Below are positions 63,373 to 64,000 of a stretch of DNA of 64,000 nucleotides, piece after piece; positions within the stretch are counted from its first letter, which is position 1, and each line of letters begins with the position of its first letter. Source of the stretch: Octopus vulgaris (taxonomy: Eukaryota). The stretch is taken from NCBI GenBank assembly GCA_951406725.2, contig OX597827.1:70556001-70620000 (forward strand), in the 5' to 3' direction. Below the pieces are notes generated by a model. The model saw only the letters and a program-made list of their open reading frames with translations, had not been told where the DNA came from and did not search any database. Position numbers and translations under genes: made by a program.

Positions 63373-63674
63373 TTTGCATCCATGTGGCTTCTGGTTTAGT
63401 CCCACTACATTGCACATTGAGCAAATGTCTTCTCTTATAACCCCAAGCTGACCAATGCCTTGTGAGTGAATTTGATACATGAAAACAGTGTGCAACCCCC
63501 ATCGTATTTGTGTGTGTGTGTGTGTAATACGTGTGTGTGTATGCCTTTGTGATTGTCCTCTCCCACCATCATAACTTGACAACCAGTGTTAACATATTTA
63601 CATTCTCATAATTTAATGGACTGGCAAAAGAGACCAAGAGATCAAGTATCAGATTTTTAAAAAAAAGTACTCAT

Positions 63675-64000
63675 ACTCTTGTACTTGTTTCAGTCATTTG
63701 ACTGCAGCCATGCTGGAGCACCGCCTTTAGTCAAACAAATCGACCCCAGAACTTATTCTTTGTAAGCCTAGTACTTATTCTATCGGTCTCTTTTGCTGAA
63801 CAGCTAAGTTACAGGGATGCAAACACACCACCATTGGTTGTCAAGCGATGTTGGGGGGACAAACACAGACACACAAACACACACACACACACACACACAC
63901 ATACATATATATATGATGGGCTTCTTTCAGATTCCATCTACCAAATCCACTCACAAGGCTTTTGTCAGCCTGAGGTTATAGCAGAAGACACTTGCCCAAG
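63675..64000 (-). mobile_element. SINE family A (runs off window)
   Basis: Reverse complement of family A tail and body. Confidence 0.9.

Overview
AT-rich, repeat-saturated animal non-coding DNA (intergenic or intronic). The SINE families and extreme microsatellite density look like an octopus (coleoid cephalopod) genome; this is recognition, not a database result. No intact host protein-coding gene is supported, and nearly all ORFs in the track are microsatellite or SINE translations. The window is a mosaic of (TA)n/(CATA)n/(ATC)n/(GGT)n tracts and several SINE-like families, labelled here A, B, C, D, H and I. It also holds decayed DNA transposons (pogo/Tigger-like, maT, mariner, two Merlin transposases, TTAA piggyBac-like MITEs, a hAT MITE, a Helentron-like HINE) and LINE fragments (RTE, R4/Dong-like, HERO-like, CR1-like, Penelope-like). 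The most notable signal is a set of short Penelope-like elements carrying minimal hammerhead ribozymes and fold-back inverted repeats. One is a near-perfect 349-bp palindrome with an intact hammerhead on each strand (23236-23584). Another is a tRNA-headed element with a hammerhead-bearing body and an inverted 5' copy (48502-49380), a candidate Pol III-driven SINE mobilised by Penelope-like elements. Repeat boundaries were read by eye and may be off by a few bases.
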